DNA from: an uncultured Thermoleophilia bacterium
GTDB lineage: Bacteria > Actinomycetota > Thermoleophilia > UBA2241
DNA: 64,000 nucleotides
NCBI GenBank assembly: GCA_963791345.1
Contig: CAWBRS010000002.1
Coordinates: 22,707 to 86,706, forward strand
Direction of reading: 5' to 3'
Positions 63,501 through 64,000 of the stretch are shown piece by piece. A program made the translations under genes and the position numbers. Numbering within the stretch: the first letter of the stretch is position 1; each line of letters starts with the position of its first letter. Under the pieces are notes generated by a model. It was not told the origin of the DNA, did no database searches, and saw only the letters and a list, made by a program, of their open reading frames with translations.

Positions 63501-64000
63501 TCAGGCTTCAGCGACGAGTTCGGCGTCGGTCGGCGTCGGGATCTGCGACTCCTCGAGGGCGAGCTCGTCTCCGTCGAGTCCGGTCACGCTCCAGACCGCG
63601 GCCAGCCGCGGCAGCCCCTTCTCGTCGGAGTGCATGTGGATGAACACGGGGCGCACGGCGGCGAGCAGGCGCTTGGCCTCAGTGTCGCCGCCGAGGGCGC
63701 CGACGACCGCTTCGACGGCGCGCGCGGCGCTCTCGGCGCGCAGGGTGGCCATGCCGCCGACGCGGGCGTCGTCGGCGAGCAGCAGGAAGAACTCGCGACA
63801 CTCGGCGCCGTGCATCTCGCCGAGGACGAGGCGGCCGGGGGTCATCCGCCGCGCCTTGGCGAAGAGCGCCTCGAGGTCGGTGTCGTCGTCCACCCCGAGG
63901 CGCACGCAGAACGACCGTTCCTTGAGGGCCGGGAGGTCGGGGCCGCGCTCGACGGCGACGAAGCGCTCGTCGAGCGAGACCAGCTCGAAGAGCGCGTTCA
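63501..64000 (-). CDS. Secretion/Tad-type (CpaF/VirB11-like) ATPase-related protein, C-terminal part
   Basis: RMTPGRLVLGEMHGAE and GMATLRAES resemble the RxxPDRIxxGEVRGxE / GxxTxHA motifs, degenerate. Confidence 0.5.
   Translation of the reverse strand, partial: NALFELVSLDERFVAVERGPDLPALKERSFCVRLGVDDDTDLEALFAKARRMTPGRLVLGEMHGAECREFFLLLADDARVGGMATLRAESAARAVEAVVGALGGDTEAKRLLAAVRPVFIHMHSDEKGLPRLAAVWSVTGLDGDELALEESQIPTPTDAELVAEA

Overview
Very GC-rich bacterial chromosome segment. Gene content and style suggest an anaerobic or microaerophilic Actinomycetota, probably Thermoleophilia-like; this is inference only. Many genes carry single-base frameshifts, most likely long-read consensus errors, so split genes were joined by eye and some boundaries are approximate. 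The housekeeping backbone comprises aroA, purB/E/D/A/C, pabB/pabC-like, dnaB-rplI-rpsR-ssb-rpsF, sod, mscL, htrA, sufC/B-like and rubredoxin. Four things stand out. (1) An integron-type cassette array (23640-28904) has five attC sites and core-site complementarity at the ends of most cassettes, but no integrase in the window. (2) An IS110-family element sits inside one attC. Its upstream non-coding end shows a full bridge-RNA layout whose guides match the attC target and the element's own ends. (3) A dimethylamine methyltransferase (MtbB) homolog has an in-frame TAG at the conserved pyrrolysine position. (4) An uncharacterised Mo/W-linked operon combines a molybdate-binding-type regulator, an ECF S-component, a TiaS-like protein and surface proteins. 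Also present are three dispersed genes with a pilin-like domain, three tandem secreted beta-propeller genes and a Rieske-glutaredoxin-FTR-Rieske-SOD cluster.
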